From positions 96,001 to 160,000 of IMG/VR virus record IMGVR_UViG_3300033463_006479: DNA of 64,000 bases; one strand, 5' to 3'. The notes under the pieces are model-generated. The model worked only from the letters and a program-made list of their open reading frames with translations, was not told the DNA's origin and ran no database searches. The stretch's first letter is position 1, and every line of letters begins with the position of its first letter. Source of the stretch: a virus (Duplodnaviria; Caudoviricetes). Positions 30,377-40,175 of the stretch are shown one piece after another. The position numbers and the translations under genes were made by a program.

Positions 30377-31355
30377 TCACAATAAATCCACATCAACTTC
30401 TTTGTGCTCCAATATCAAATGCGGTTTATATCCAAGTCTTTCATACTCTAAAAACTTATCTTTCATATTTTGCAAGTTCAATGTCCAATTGGATTTTATT
30501 TCAAATATCTCATTAGTTGTCGGTATGAAAAAATCTGGTATGGCGCATTTATATTTGTTTGTCAATGTATCAAAATACTTAATTCGTAAACATTCTACGT
30601 CATAATCAATTTTTTGCAAATCTAATATTTTTGCAAAATCTAATTCATACGAAGACCTCAAATAAACACGTTTTGCCATTCCAAGTAGTATGCCAACAAT
30701 TTTTATAAGGGCACGAGTCTTTTTCTGATTTGACATTTATTTTACCAAGTATATATGCTTCAGATAAAGATTTGCTGTGATTTCTTGTTTGTATATCCAA
30801 TGATTTCAATATTTTATGAAAATTGGAAATACCAGAATTATATCCATATTTATCTGATAATGTTTTATCATCAATATGATTTGCATATTCTTGTTTTATC
30901 AAGCAAACAGTTTTATCATATTCATAAAAAATATCAGTTGTTCCAATTTTACTTTTATCAAAACCAAATATGGCTAATGTATTAAAAATCCTATATTTAT
31001 TGCAAATGTCTGGTCTTTCACAATGACCTTTTTCTGCGCCGCACCATTTACATTTTTTTATTTTCGTATTTTTTGATTTATTTGTGTGTAATGTGTTTAA
31101 TAATGTGGCCTTTTGTTTTTCCCTACTTTCTTTTGTTCTTATTTTATTGTTATATTTAGCAGCGCAATTTGTCGAACAAAATTTATTGCTCTTTTTATCA
31201 TAAGGTAATAACTTTCCACAACAACTACAACAATTTGGGTTTTTATAATAGTCGGATATGCGTTTATCTTTTTGTTCGTTTCTTGTTTTTAATGACGCTA
31301 AAAATCCAAGTTTTCCAGCTTCAGATTCACTTAATCCATTTCTTTGTTTTGGCAT
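30377..31355 (-). pseudogene. homing-endonuclease-like gene (Zn fingers plus TnsA-like PD-(D/E)XK), frameshifted near 30670
   Basis: CCSCC..FCSTNCAA, CKWCG; RSSYE..IPDF..EIKS in a second frame; TATAAATA at 31373. Confidence 0.7.
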
Positions 31356-31391
31356 ACAAATATATATTATATTATTTATATGTCAAATTTG

Positions 31392-31464
31392 AGCCAGTAG
31401 AGGGATTCGAACCCCCGATTTCATCGTTACAAAGGATGCTCCGTAACCACTTGGATATACTGGC
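31392..31464 (-). tRNA. tRNA-Thr(UGU)
   Basis: Loop TTTGTAA. Confidence 0.85.
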
Positions 31465-31668
31465 AACAAAGGTGATAGCAGATGTGTCTCGGATTCGCAC
31501 CTTTTACTGATTGTCTGTACACAACAATGCAGTTATCATTTAGCATTGTACGGCTTGCGCAAACCGAACAACGGCGATTTTATACCCGACCATACTCGTT
31601 GTCACTATCCGCATTACTGGGTGCGTTCCATCCACGGAACGGTGACCATTTCTTGCGTTTTAACCTTG

Positions 31669-31753
31669 TCGGACTGGGGGACTCGAACCCCCAACACGGA
31701 TTTTCCAGTTTTCTCTGGCGTGCTACCACGATACGCAGTTAACGTATAGTCCG
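31669..31753 (-). ncRNA. atypical tRNA-like RNA
   Basis: CGGACT/AGTCCG acceptor, GGGGGTTCGAGTCCCCC T arm, CCAG-AGAAAA-CTGG arm. Confidence 0.55.
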
Positions 31754-31763
31754 TTATGTTAGG

Positions 31764-31837
31764 TCAGCAGGATAGGACTCGAACCTATAACCCGTTGATT
31801 AGAAGTCAACCGTTCTAATCCATTGAACTACCTGCCG
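31764..31837 (-). tRNA. tRNA-Arg(UCU)
   Basis: Loop CTTCTAA. Confidence 0.9.
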
Positions 31838-32237
31838 ATTTTTAGCACGCACAGACAGCGTACTTTTTTGCTGTATGGGATGTTCATTCTTTACTTTCCG
31901 TGAACTCACCTCCGTCCGCTCTCCCGACTTTTTAACCGTATAGTTTCGCTGGCGACATCACTTCCAGCATAGCCATTCCTCTGTTATACTCATCTTGGCT
32001 GCACGAGTGGCTTTGCGTTTTATCCTTTCTGGCCAACAAGTTTGTCTGTATGATAAACAGCCAATCCAAGAGTTCCGTAGTCACTTGGAAGCACCGAAAT
32101 CCCGCCACTTATATTCAGCGGACTAAAGCGTACCAATCCGATGGTTGCCATATTTCTGCCGTTTTCCCGTACCGACACCATTTTGTCGTGGTTATGTTCG
32201 GCACACAACTCGCTTGGCTGTTATGCTGTTTTTATTG

Positions 32238-32310
32238 TGGGTTAGGTGGGACTCGAACCCACTACCCCATCCTTAAAAGGGATGTGCTCTACCAGATGAG
32301 CTACTAACCC
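32238..32310 (-). tRNA. tRNA-Lys(UUU)
   Basis: Loop CTTTTAA. Confidence 0.9.
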
Positions 32311-32424
32311 GTTCCTCGCCTACTGATGCATCCTCGGCGAGAGTTTCTCGGTTTTTTAACTCGAAAAACCGATGAATCGTAAAAACGGCTCGTCTTATAG
32401 GAGACGTGAGCCAAAAACTGGCCG

Positions 32425-32508
32425 TGGTCGAGGCGGGAGTTGAACCCGCACGTCCTTTCGGACGAAGGTTTTTGAGACCTTTGCGTCTACCAGTTCCGCC
32501 ACTCGACC
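32425..32508 (-). tRNA. tRNA-Leu(CAA)
   Basis: Loop CTCAAAA, long variable arm. Confidence 0.9.
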
Positions 32509-32583
32509 AAAAAACCAACAGCGGTTATTCATCATTGATGGATTTGTATCCCTACCTGCTTTCTACAAAGTGCAGGACGAGGC

Positions 32584-32781
32584 TCATTCGCCGCAGCCCC
32601 TCGTTTTGGCAATATGCTGGTTCGTTTCATTTCGCCGTTGAATTTCATCAACAAGTTCAAGATATTCTTCAGCTGATGGTGATGTGTTGTGAAGATGCTT
32701 GTACTTTGAAAGTTTTTCATCAAGTTCTTCACGGCTCATATTTTCAAGTTTTTGTTTAAGGATTTCCGTTGTTTTATCCAT
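32584..32781 (-). CDS. small hypothetical protein
   Basis: From MDKTTEIL within the tRNA array. Confidence 0.5.
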   Translation of the reverse strand: MDKTTEILKQKLENMSREELDEKLSKYKHLHNTSPSAEEYLELVDEIQRRNETNQHIAKTRGCGE

Positions 32782-32811
32782 ATATGTTATGTTTTTGTTT
32801 TCTGATATGTG

Positions 32812-32896
32812 TGGCTTGGGCGGGACTCGAACCCGCACGCCCGCAATGGGCAACAGATTTTAAGTCTGTCGTGTCTACCAATTCCACCACCAAGCC
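32812..32896 (-). tRNA. tRNA-Leu(UAA)
   Basis: Loop CTTAAAA. Confidence 0.9.
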
Positions 32897-32907
32897 AGAC
32901 AATCAAG

Positions 32908-32991
32908 TCGGCGAGGCGGGGGTCGAACCCGCACGCCCTTTCGGGCACTTGCTCCTAAAACAAGCACGTCTGCCAATTCCGCCACTCACCG
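32908..32991 (-). tRNA. tRNA-Leu(UAG)
   Basis: Loop TTTAGGA. Confidence 0.9.
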
Positions 32992-33001
32992 CAATATAAT
33001 G

Positions 33002-33075
33002 TCGATAAGGTGGGATTCGAACCCACAATAACACGAATCTGAATCGTGTGCGTCTGCCAGTTGCGCCACTCATCG
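33002..33075 (-). tRNA. tRNA-Leu(CAG), short variable arm
   Basis: Loop TTCAGAT. Confidence 0.8.
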
Positions 33076-33096
33076 TTTGATATTCATATTCGTTTG

Positions 33097-33180
33097 TGGT
33101 CGAGGCGGGATTTGAACCCGCATACCCTTTCGGGCAACAGTCCCTCAAACTGCCGTGTCTGCCAATTCCACCACTCGACC
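33097..33180 (-). tRNA. tRNA-Leu(GAG)
   Basis: Loop TTGAGGG. Confidence 0.9.
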
Positions 33181-33348
33181 ATTTTGTCAGTTCTTCCATC
33201 GGACGATTATACTGACAACCCAATCCACCGATTTTCGTACACTTTCCAAGTATGTCGGCAACTTCCAGCCGCTCACACGGACTGGTTACGGTACGTGACC
33301 GTGAGAATGTGCGGATAATAACACACTTTCTTCCTTGCCAGGTCGGAG

Positions 33349-33420
33349 AGCAGGTGATGGGAATCGAACCCACATTTCCAGCTTGGAAGGCTGAAGCACT
33401 AACCGTTGTGCTACACCTGC
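33349..33420 (-). tRNA. tRNA-Gly(UCC)
   Basis: Loop CTTCCAA. Confidence 0.9.
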
Positions 33421-33558
33421 ATAAAGAAAGATGGCTGGTTTGTCGTTATGCCAGCAAAGCACGCTTCCGCCATACTTCAAACGGGGTTTCACACCTCGTT
33501 ACATCTTTTTAGCCACCGAGCGTTTGACCGATTTCGCCATCGCCATACCAATATAGTA

Positions 33559-33633
33559 TGCACGAGCAGGACTTGAACCTGCATTCATCGCAAACCACTG
33601 CGACCGTCCGAGTTGAACGGAACTGATTCGGTG
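33559..33633 (-). ncRNA. atypical tRNA-like RNA
   Basis: T arm GCAGGTTCAAGTCCTGC; TCGCA-GTGGTT-TGCGA arm with 6-nt loop. Confidence 0.5.
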
Positions 33634-33638
33634 TTCTG

Positions 33639-33710
33639 TAGCGGAGGACGGAATCGAACCGCCGACCTCAAGGTTATGAGCCTTACGAGCTACCTCTGCT
33701 CCACTCCGCA
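33639..33710 (-). tRNA. tRNA-fMet(CAU)
   Basis: Loop CTCATAA, 1:72 mismatch. Confidence 0.8.
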
Positions 33711-33883
33711 CTATTAAAAACTGGCGGCGGCGTTGTGGCTTATACGTAAATCACCACACCTTTGATTTCAGATTTTAGGCCAGTTCGGATTTTCGTGTTT
33801 ATATCAAAAACAAGAAATGCGAAACAGACTTCACATCATCCTATAACCATTAAGTCAAAAGAACAACGTTTGACACCAGTTTG

Positions 33884-33959
33884 TTGAACCGATTGGATTC
33901 GAACCAACGCAGCACAAAGTTAATTGTGTCGTGCTACCGAAATGTTACACCACGGTTCA
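33884..33959 (-). ncRNA. tRNA-like RNA with 6-nt anticodon loop
   Basis: Normal acceptor, D and T arms; CACAA-TTAACT-TTGTG. Confidence 0.6.
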
Positions 33960-33987
33960 TCCGTTTGTATGGAAATGAAAAAAATTG

Positions 33988-34103
33988 ATTGGCAGGCAGG
34001 AGTCGAACCCACACATCGGTCTTGGACAAGATTAAATACTGCTGATAATTTCTTTGGCCAAGAAACATTTTCTTACCGTGCTCTACCTTTAAGCTACTGC
34101 CAA
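33988..34103 (-). ncRNA. tRNA scaffold with ACAGCA-type insertion in the anticodon arm
   Basis: CGGT..ACCG stem enclosing GTTTCTTG-GCCA-AAGAAAT TATCAGCAG. Confidence 0.6.
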
Positions 34104-34207
34104 ATGTCCGTTTTCGTTTTGTCCTCCTTGCAAATAATGAGCTCCTCATCCAAGGCTGGTTGTTGCACTATGTCGAAATACGGTAAAGAACACTACAACC
34201 TTTCACG

Positions 34208-34292
34208 TGGGGGAGGAGGGATTCGAACCCCCTGTGTTTCTATGTAACGGATTTACAGTCCGCCGCCCTTCCACCATCAGAGCAGCTCCCCC
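34208..34292 (-). tRNA. tRNA-Tyr(GUA)
   Basis: Loop CTGTAAA, long variable arm. Confidence 0.9.
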
Positions 34293-34303
34293 ATTTACGC
34301 CAA

Positions 34304-34807
34304 CTATTTGCTGGCGATTTCTTTTACTGCATTTGCGATAACACCATTGTTCGCATTAGGATATTTAACCTTCACTCTTGCGATAATATCTTTGGTATAT
34401 CGTTGCAGTTGTTTAGTGTCAAACGTTTCACCATTGTTGTTTTTTTCAGAAACAAGTATATCAACTTGCTTTTCGGTTTCATTGCGAACTTCCTCAACGC
34501 TCGGCTCTTTCGGCAAGAGTTTTTCAAGTTCAGAAGCCTCAAATTCGTTCACCTTTCTGTTTTCAACGGCTATTTTGTTGTCATCACCAGCCTTGGCAAA
34601 CTCCTGCGCAGCCGTGCGGCAACGTTTCAGCATAGAACGGAGAATTTCAGTTTCCTTTTCGTCATTAGGAAGTTTTGTTCCGTTATGCACGGCGTTCACC
34701 ATTTCGGTCTTGACACCTTTCCAGAAATTCGTTTTTAATTTCACGGCGCAGTCTTTTTCTTCAAACATAGCGTCCGCAATGTGTTTGTCAAGCGTTTCAA
34801 AAATCAT
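34304..34807 (-). CDS. GatB/YqeY domain protein
   Basis: LDKHIADAM.EKD ... EILRSMLKR ... E...LEKLLPKEPS.EEV ... A..G.IA..VK. Confidence 0.75.
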   Translation of the reverse strand: MIFETLDKHIADAMFEEKDCAVKLKTNFWKGVKTEMVNAVHNGTKLPNDEKETEILRSMLKRCRTAAQEFAKAGDDNKIAVENRKVNEFEASELEKLLPKEPSVEEVRNETEKQVDILVSEKNNNGETFDTKQLQRYTKDIIARVKVKYPNANNGVIANAVKEIASK

Positions 34808-34834
34808 AACTTTGTGTTTTTATTGTTGTTTTTG

Positions 34835-34907
<73 letters not shown>

Positions 34908-34960
34908 ATTCAGATAAAGGACATTTGAATATTTTAACCAATAAACTATACAGCCTTGTT

Positions 34961-35063
34961 AGACCATAACACGGACTCGAACCGCTCGGTTGCTTTGTCG
35001 TGCACAACTCCGCAACCAATTTCTTCCAAACCACACGATATTTGCAACTATCACGTGTTGTCT
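34961..35063 (-). ncRNA. degenerate tRNA-like RNA
   Basis: T arm CGGTTCGAGTCCG with a non-canonical body. Confidence 0.35.
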
Positions 35064-35072
35064 TTATCTTGG

Positions 35073-35146
35073 TGGACACTGGTGGGACTTGAACCCACGA
35101 CATCCTGCTTGCAAGGCAGGCGTTCTTCCAACTGAACTACAGGCCC
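35073..35146 (-). tRNA. tRNA-Ala(UGC)
   Basis: Loop CTTGCAA. Confidence 0.85.
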
Positions 35147-35443
35147 AAAAGTGCAGCATACCGAAGTTTTTGCAATGTGCATCGGCCTCTATCGCTGCTG
35201 CGGCGAAAAAGCCTCTTTAGTTATTCGGTGAGGCTTGATTTCCGTTCACGCTCGTTTTGCTGCGGAAGTTTACTCGCATCGTGGAATTGTCACCACGCTC
35301 TCCCGCTTTGTGGCGGGAATGTCACTTGACACTTATACGCCTCAACTTTCCAATGCCGTCCGTTTTCGAAAATTATAATTTCGGTTTCGGCATATCAGCA
35401 CAAGTCAGCGATGCTTGAACACCAGTCTGCAAGCACTGTGTTG

Positions 35444-35515
35444 TTGTCCCGACCAGAATCGAACTGATATTACTTGTGCCAAAAACAAGTGTAATAGCCA
35501 TTATACCACAGGACA
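35444..35515 (-). tRNA. tRNA-Gln(UUG)
   Basis: Loop TTTTGGC. Confidence 0.85.
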
Positions 35516-35647
35516 TTACAAGCAACCGTTTTTATCTCTCGGATAGGTTGCTCACCTGCACCGCTTCCTTTTTTATGTTTCCGTGGCACTGCGGTTTTGA
35601 CACGGCGAAACGAGGTTTTACACAAAAATTGTTAAAGTCAAAGAAAA

Positions 35648-35710
35648 CAAGGTGCATATGGAAATAACAAATTTAGGTGTTGTTTGGAATAATGTTGCTG
35701 TACGCACCTT
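35648..35710 (-). ncRNA. stem-ACAGCAA element
   Basis: AAGGTGCG TACAGCAA ... TGCACCTTG. Confidence 0.6.
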
Positions 35711-35752
35711 TTGAACTATAAATTAACTATGAATGAAAAATGCCATAAAAAA

Positions 35753-35816
35753 CAAGACACACAAAAAAGATTCAAAGTGACAGTTTGATTTTTTTATGAA
35801 TTGCTGTATGTGTCTT
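35753..35816 (-). ncRNA. stem-ACAGCAA element with Asp(GUC) anticodon stem-loop
   Basis: AAGACAC ATACAGCAA .. TCAAA-CTGTCAC-TTTGA .. GTGTCTTG. Confidence 0.65.
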
Positions 35817-35818
35817 TG

Positions 35819-35920
35819 CGTATCTGGCAGGAGTCGAACCTGCGCCCTTGAGGATATGCCTCACGTTCTTACCGACATCTCCACGTTGGAATCCCACCAA
35901 CGCTTCACCACTACAGATAC
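35819..35920 (-). ncRNA. atypical tRNA-like RNA
   Basis: GTATCTG/CAGATAC acceptor, T arm, extra hairpin in the D region, 5-nt loop TGAGG-CATAT-CCTCA. Confidence 0.55.
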
Positions 35921-36000
35921 TGACAGAGGATAGGTTTGTTAAAACTATATGTGATTTGCAACTCAACATAAAGCTGTAACAATTAACATCATTCTGTTTG

Positions 36001-36074
36001 CGGTGTGTACGGGACTTAAACCCGTGACCTCCGCCGTGACAGGGCGGCATTCTAATCAACTGAACTAACACACC
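36001..36074 (-). tRNA. tRNA-Asp(GUC)
   Basis: Loop CTGTCAC. Confidence 0.85.
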
Positions 36075-36080
36075 ATTTTG

Positions 36081-36205
36081 TCGGGGGTGGTGGATTCGAA
36101 CCACCATAACGGCTACCCAAAAGCAAAATTGAAATAAAATTGCTGTCCAATTCTCATACAAGAATCGTCAAAAAAATACGTGTCCTACCATTAGACGAAC
36201 CCCCG
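36081..36205 (-). ncRNA. tRNA scaffold with ACAGCAA insertion replacing the anticodon arm
   Basis: CGGGGGT acceptor, D and T arms intact; ATTCTTG-TAT-GAGAAT TGGACAGCAA inside. Confidence 0.6.
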
Positions 36206-36214
36206 TTAAAAAAA

Positions 36215-36282
36215 CAAGATACTAAAAATGTAGCGATTTCAAATTACGAGTTTGATGCTTTTGTTTTTGCTGTATGTATCTT
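36215..36282 (-). ncRNA. stem-ACAGCAA element with Thr(CGU) anticodon stem-loop
   Basis: AAGATAC ATACAGCAA .. TCAAA-CTCGTAA-TTTGA .. GTATCTTG. Confidence 0.65.
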
Positions 36283-36313
36283 TGGTTTTCATAATGATAT
36301 ATACTGACTGTTG

Positions 36314-36513
36314 CAGACGGCAAAGGAATCGAACCTTTGAATCTTCACCATATCAAGAGCCTACTTTGTCGGTTAGTTGACTGACAACCGTGATGATAAC
36401 TATAAACCGATTGTTTCGGAACTTATACCCGTTCATATTCCAGAACGGTGACGTGTCGCCACGCCCCACATCTTGATACGGAATTGACGCATTTCCGTTT
36501 ATGCTATCCGTCT
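36314..36513 (-). ncRNA. tRNA scaffold with ~130-nt structured insertion
   Basis: AGACGG/CCGTCT acceptor, GCAT..ATGC D arm, T arm; CCGTATCAAGA/TCTTGATATGG helix encloses the insert. Confidence 0.6.
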
Positions 36514-36647
36514 ATTAAAAAGTGCAGGAAACCATTGTTTGCTGGGATTGGTCTGACTATGAGTAAAGTAATGATGGAAATGACCAGTCGCCACAAATGT
36601 TTGTGTTTATTACTGATGTCTAAAACTGCACTTATATTTTAATGATG

Positions 36648-37058
36648 TTATTTCTTTTTCCAATGTGATTTAATCCCTCCGCATTTTCTACTGCAACAAG
36701 GATTTGGGTGCGTTGATAAATTACGTTTATCAAAAATGAATTTCTCACCACAAACTGGACAAACACATTCAATAAAAGTTTTTGATTGTTTCTTTTTTGA
36801 ATTATTTTGTCTTTTTGATATAACTTGTAAGTTCTCTATCCTATCATCCATTCTATCACCATTTATGTGGTCAACTTCATCATCATTTGCCACATCACAA
36901 CTATAATATGAAGTATAAAGATATTTTGCATAAGACATTGAATGTTTTTCGCCATTTGCATATTTCATAGTTGCAACTCTTCTGGGTTCTTTGTTTATAT
37001 TTACATAAACACTGGTTACACCTTTATTTTTATAGTATTCACTAACATCAATTTTCAT
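36648..37058 (-). CDS. HNH homing endonuclease
   Basis: VDHINGDRMDDRIENLQ..N; C-terminal CPVCG..CCSRKC. Confidence 0.85.
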   Translation of the reverse strand: MKIDVSEYYKNKGVTSVYVNINKEPRRVATMKYANGEKHSMSYAKYLYTSYYSCDVANDDEVDHINGDRMDDRIENLQVISKRQNNSKKKQSKTFIECVCPVCGEKFIFDKRNLSTHPNPCCSRKCGGIKSHWKKK

Positions 37059-37077
37059 AACAAGTTTAATTTGCTTG

Positions 37078-37151
37078 TAGCGATGGCGGGACTTGAACCC
37101 GCAACCTCCTGCTTATAAGGCAGGTCCTCTAACCATTAAGGATACACCGCT
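37078..37151 (-). tRNA. tRNA-Ile(UAU)
   Basis: Loop CTTATAA. Confidence 0.85.
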
Positions 37152-37197
37152 ATCTTGTCGTTCTATAAATTATGTATAAACGAACAATCAAGGAAAA

Positions 37198-37271
37198 CAA
37201 GACACTTTGAAATAGCGTATTCATATTAAAAGTATGGTGCTTGTTCATTTAAGGATTGCTGTAAGTGTCTT
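37198..37271 (-). ncRNA. stem-ACAGCAA element with Lys(UUU) anticodon stem-loop
   Basis: AAGACAC TTACAGCAA .. CATA-CTTTTAA-TATG .. GTGTCTTG. Confidence 0.65.
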
Positions 37272-37273
37272 TG

Positions 37274-37346
37274 TCCACCCGCAGGGATTCGAACCCCAAT
37301 CTTGAGTTCCGTAGACTCACGTTCTAATCCGTTGAACTACGGGTGG
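37274..37346 (-). tRNA. tRNA-Arg(ACG)
   Basis: Loop CTACGGA. Confidence 0.88.
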
Positions 37347-37351
37347 TTTTG

Positions 37352-37426
37352 CGGGGGAGGTGAGACTCGAACTCACAACCATCGGCTTAACAGGCCGCCG
37401 CTCTGACCGATTGAAGCTACTCCCCC
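37352..37426 (-). tRNA. tRNA-Asn(GUU)
   Basis: Loop CTGTTAA. Confidence 0.88.
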
Positions 37427-37432
37427 GTTTTG

Positions 37433-37504
37433 TAGTCCCAGCGGGAATCGAACCTGCATTTAGAGTTTAGGAAACTCTCGTTCTGTCCGTTGAACTATAG
37501 GACT
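37433..37504 (-). tRNA. tRNA-Arg(CCU)
   Basis: Loop TTCCTAA. Confidence 0.88.
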
Positions 37505-37510
37505 GGATTA

Positions 37511-37590
37511 CAAGGTGCTGGGTAACGAATAACAAAAATGAAACAGAATTTTAATTGTAAATGCTATGATATTTTTGCTGTATGCACCTT
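37511..37590 (-). ncRNA. stem-ACAGCAA element
   Basis: AAGGTGC ATACAGCAA ... GCACCTTG. Confidence 0.6.
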
Positions 37591-37592
37591 TG

Positions 37593-37666
37593 TGGATACT
37601 GGTGGGACTTGAACCCACGACATCCTGCTTGCAGGGCAGGCGTTCTCCCAACTGAACTACAGACCC
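37593..37666 (-). tRNA. tRNA-Ala(UGC), second copy
   Basis: Loop CCTGCAA; near-identical to 35073-35146. Confidence 0.85.
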
Positions 37667-37873
37667 AGAAATACAAGGTTTATGTTCTGACCAGCGTCTT
37701 CACCGCCAAGCCAATTTCATCTGTTTACGTCCTCGCAAACCTTGCAAAACAAAGGAGTGTGGCGCAGTTCACCATCAGCCACATTTAGGGCTTTTTTCTT
37801 ATGGATAGAATTAAAGCGTAAAAACCTTTCCATATACCGAGCAGAAGTGAAGATTCTGGCGGGTAATGAAATG

Positions 37874-37946
37874 TCGTCCCAACGGGATTCGAACCCGTGA
37901 CTCCACCGTGAAAGGGTGGCGACTTAAACCACTTGTCGATAGGACG
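37874..37946 (-). tRNA. tRNA-Glu(UUC)
   Basis: Loop CTTTCAC. Confidence 0.9.
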
Positions 37947-37964
37947 GTGCGTATATGCCATTCC

Positions 37965-39325
37965 ATTCGGACACTATCGCATTATAGCAAACGTGCGGTA
38001 ATGTAGAACGTGGATGCGATTGTGTCGCCGCAGCAGTTTTTACATTTTCTTATTGCTTCTCGCTGAACTGTGGCCAATCCAAACCAAACGGCATATAAGG
38101 AAACCGCAGGTAAGTATAGTTGTCTTGCATCGGCGGGCGGTTTCGTATGACCGACACAAATGTCTCTTGGACGTTATGTTCGCCGCACATTGCGGCATTG
38201 CTTGACTGACGGGCGGTTTGACACCTACCGTTCCGACAGCTGCAACCAGTATATATCATTTCAACTGGATTTAGAAAACTATGATTTACAAAGGTTTAAA
38301 GACTTCCTTAACCTACCACACTATGTTACCATAGCCAAATAATATCACCAAAACAGTCTGAAACAAATCAGTTTTCATACATTTGTTACACACTTTGTAT
38401 CAGGTGTGCAGCCGTGACAGCTCTGTTTTATTATCTGTTGTGGTCTGGAGCACATTATAGCCATATCGGAAATTCTGCGCAGTTATAATAACATTTTAAA
38501 TTTAATGAATTGTTGAGGGTCATACCCGCTCTACCGTATAGAATAATCAAGTAAATAGACCATTCTTTCTTGTTTCATCCTGCCACTACTTTTTAAGTCT
38601 GTTGTCAGACAGTCATCCATAGTTGGGCAGTCCGCAAGCGTAAATTTGGTGTTACGGACACCTATTATTAAAAATTCCGACTGTAGGCTCGTCCTCTATG
38701 CTCTCTACACATTTATGATAATGTTTTTCAATCAAAGAATTGCCATCATCTGATTGAAAACAAGGCAGCAAAAGGGGATTCTACGCAGGCAATTTATTCT
38801 CATAGCCCGATTCTCTTTTGCCGCACATTATCATTTTAGCACGGTATTGTCCCCGCACGTTATTGGTTAGTGCTGCCGCAGACATCACAAACAAATTCGC
38901 TTATGACGGCTGCTGGCGGTATGATGATAAAATGTGTACGGTGTTGCGATTTGGCCATAAGCCAGAACGGAACTGCACAACACGTTATCGTCAATGGGGA
39001 TGTCCACCGTTTTAGGGACGTTCTACTACGGGTTGTTCACGCCGTAGCACTCCAAATATAAATTCAAAGCGGGTTGGTGAGCATCTTGCAGAAATTCTGG
39101 AAGATGCCGCACACTCCCGTCTGATACGTTTCGTATGGAGAAACGGGTTTCTCCTTCTTGTTTCCACCTGCCGACACTTCTTGGATTCATTTCTGAACGC
39201 AATATGTAATCTGGCAGTCCGCAAGCGTTACTTCGGCGGTACGTCCGCCTACCATCCGATTGTCGCATCTGTTTTGGCAACGCCTCCACAGAGCATCGGA
39301 ATTTCCTTATAGTGCCTTTCGCCAA
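37965..39325 (-). ncRNA. large end-paired structured ncRNA (ROOL-like), intron-split
   Basis: 5' GGCACUAU (39316-39309) pairs with 3' AUAGUGUC (37977-37970); ~640 nt after intron removal; GUUGCAGCUG, GUGUCGGU and CCUUAUAUGC motifs recalled from ROOL RNAs; heads the tRNA array. Confidence 0.6.
38346..39065 (-). ncRNA. group I intron, no ORF
   Basis: P1 CGCUUU/GGAGUG with U-G; P3 CGUCC/GGACG; P4 ACGGU/ACCGU (P AAAACGGUGGA, Q CAAUACCGUGCUAAA); P7 GAGCA/UGCUC (R GUAGAGAGCAUAGA, S AUAAUGUGCUCC); ACCA/UGGU before the candidate omega-G. Confidence 0.8.
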
Positions 39326-39329
39326 TATG

Positions 39330-39842
39330 TCAAAGAACTTTGTTCTTATTCCAATATAATAAAAAATTCGAGAAATCGTGAAATGTTTTTGTCAAATGAC
39401 CGCCTCTCGGTTTTCATCATATTTTCAAAGAACGCTGCGTATTTAATATAATAAAAATTTTCGGAATATGCAAAATGTTTTTGCAAAAACTTCAGTTTTC
39501 ATCATATCAAAGAGCCGCATTTTAGTTTCGCAGTTGTTATCAAAAACAACGCTGCAAAAATACAACTTTTTTTAATGCTGTCAACAATTTCGTAAAAAAG
39601 TTTTCAACAAAGTTATCAACAGCCGTTGTGTTTCATATCTTCAAAGAACGTTACTCAATCAATATAATAAAAATTTTGAAAAATGGAGAAAACATTGCAA
39701 CATTTTTCGTTTATCATATCAAAGAGCGTTTTGCCGTTTTTTAGTGTCGGCGCATCACTGTCATAATGACTTTGCAAAGATACAACCTTTTCTAATAGTG
39801 TCAATACATTTTTCAATAAACTTATCAACAGAGTTATCAACA
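39330..39842 (-). promoter_or_regulatory. stack of five promoter plus boxA-like units
   Basis: Early promoters at 39555 and 39775, TATTATATT-type at 39353, 39445 and 39661; each followed by G[CT]TCTTTGA at 39330, 39425, 39507, 39641, 39719. Confidence 0.75.
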
Positions 39843-40051
39843 ATCTTATTTAATTCAACATTCACAATATCAGCAATTTCAATTATCAAAACAAACAGCA
39901 AAAAAATTGGCGGCATATTTTTGATATACCGCCAACCGAATATTTTTTGTACGATATATCGCATCACGAACCATATTCGTCATTATAGTTCGCCCAAAAG
40001 AGTTGTGATTTACTTGGTCGGATATCGTATAGCTTTGTCATAGTTACTATC

Positions 40052-40147
40052 GTTTTTTCTTTTTTTATTTATACGAGCGATTTTTCGCTTTTTTCTGTTT
40101 TTATTTATACGAGCGATTTTTCGCTTTTTTCTGTTTTTATTTATACG
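40052..40147 (-). repeat. 36-bp tandem repeat, each unit with a TATAAATA late promoter
   Basis: ttttttctgtttttatttatacgagcgatttttcgc x~2.6; a further partial copy at ~40365-40390. Confidence 0.85.
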
Positions 40148-40175
40148 GATTGATGTCGGTTTATTGATATTCTAA

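Noticed and set aside
37965-39325. RNase P RNA or rRNA fragment
   Set aside because: No GAGGAAAGUCC/ACAGAA P4 signature and no rRNA-like conserved segments
40052-40147. 36-bp periodic repeat as a mini CRISPR array
   Set aside because: Units are identical end to end with no unique spacers and no cas genes; better explained as duplicated late promoters
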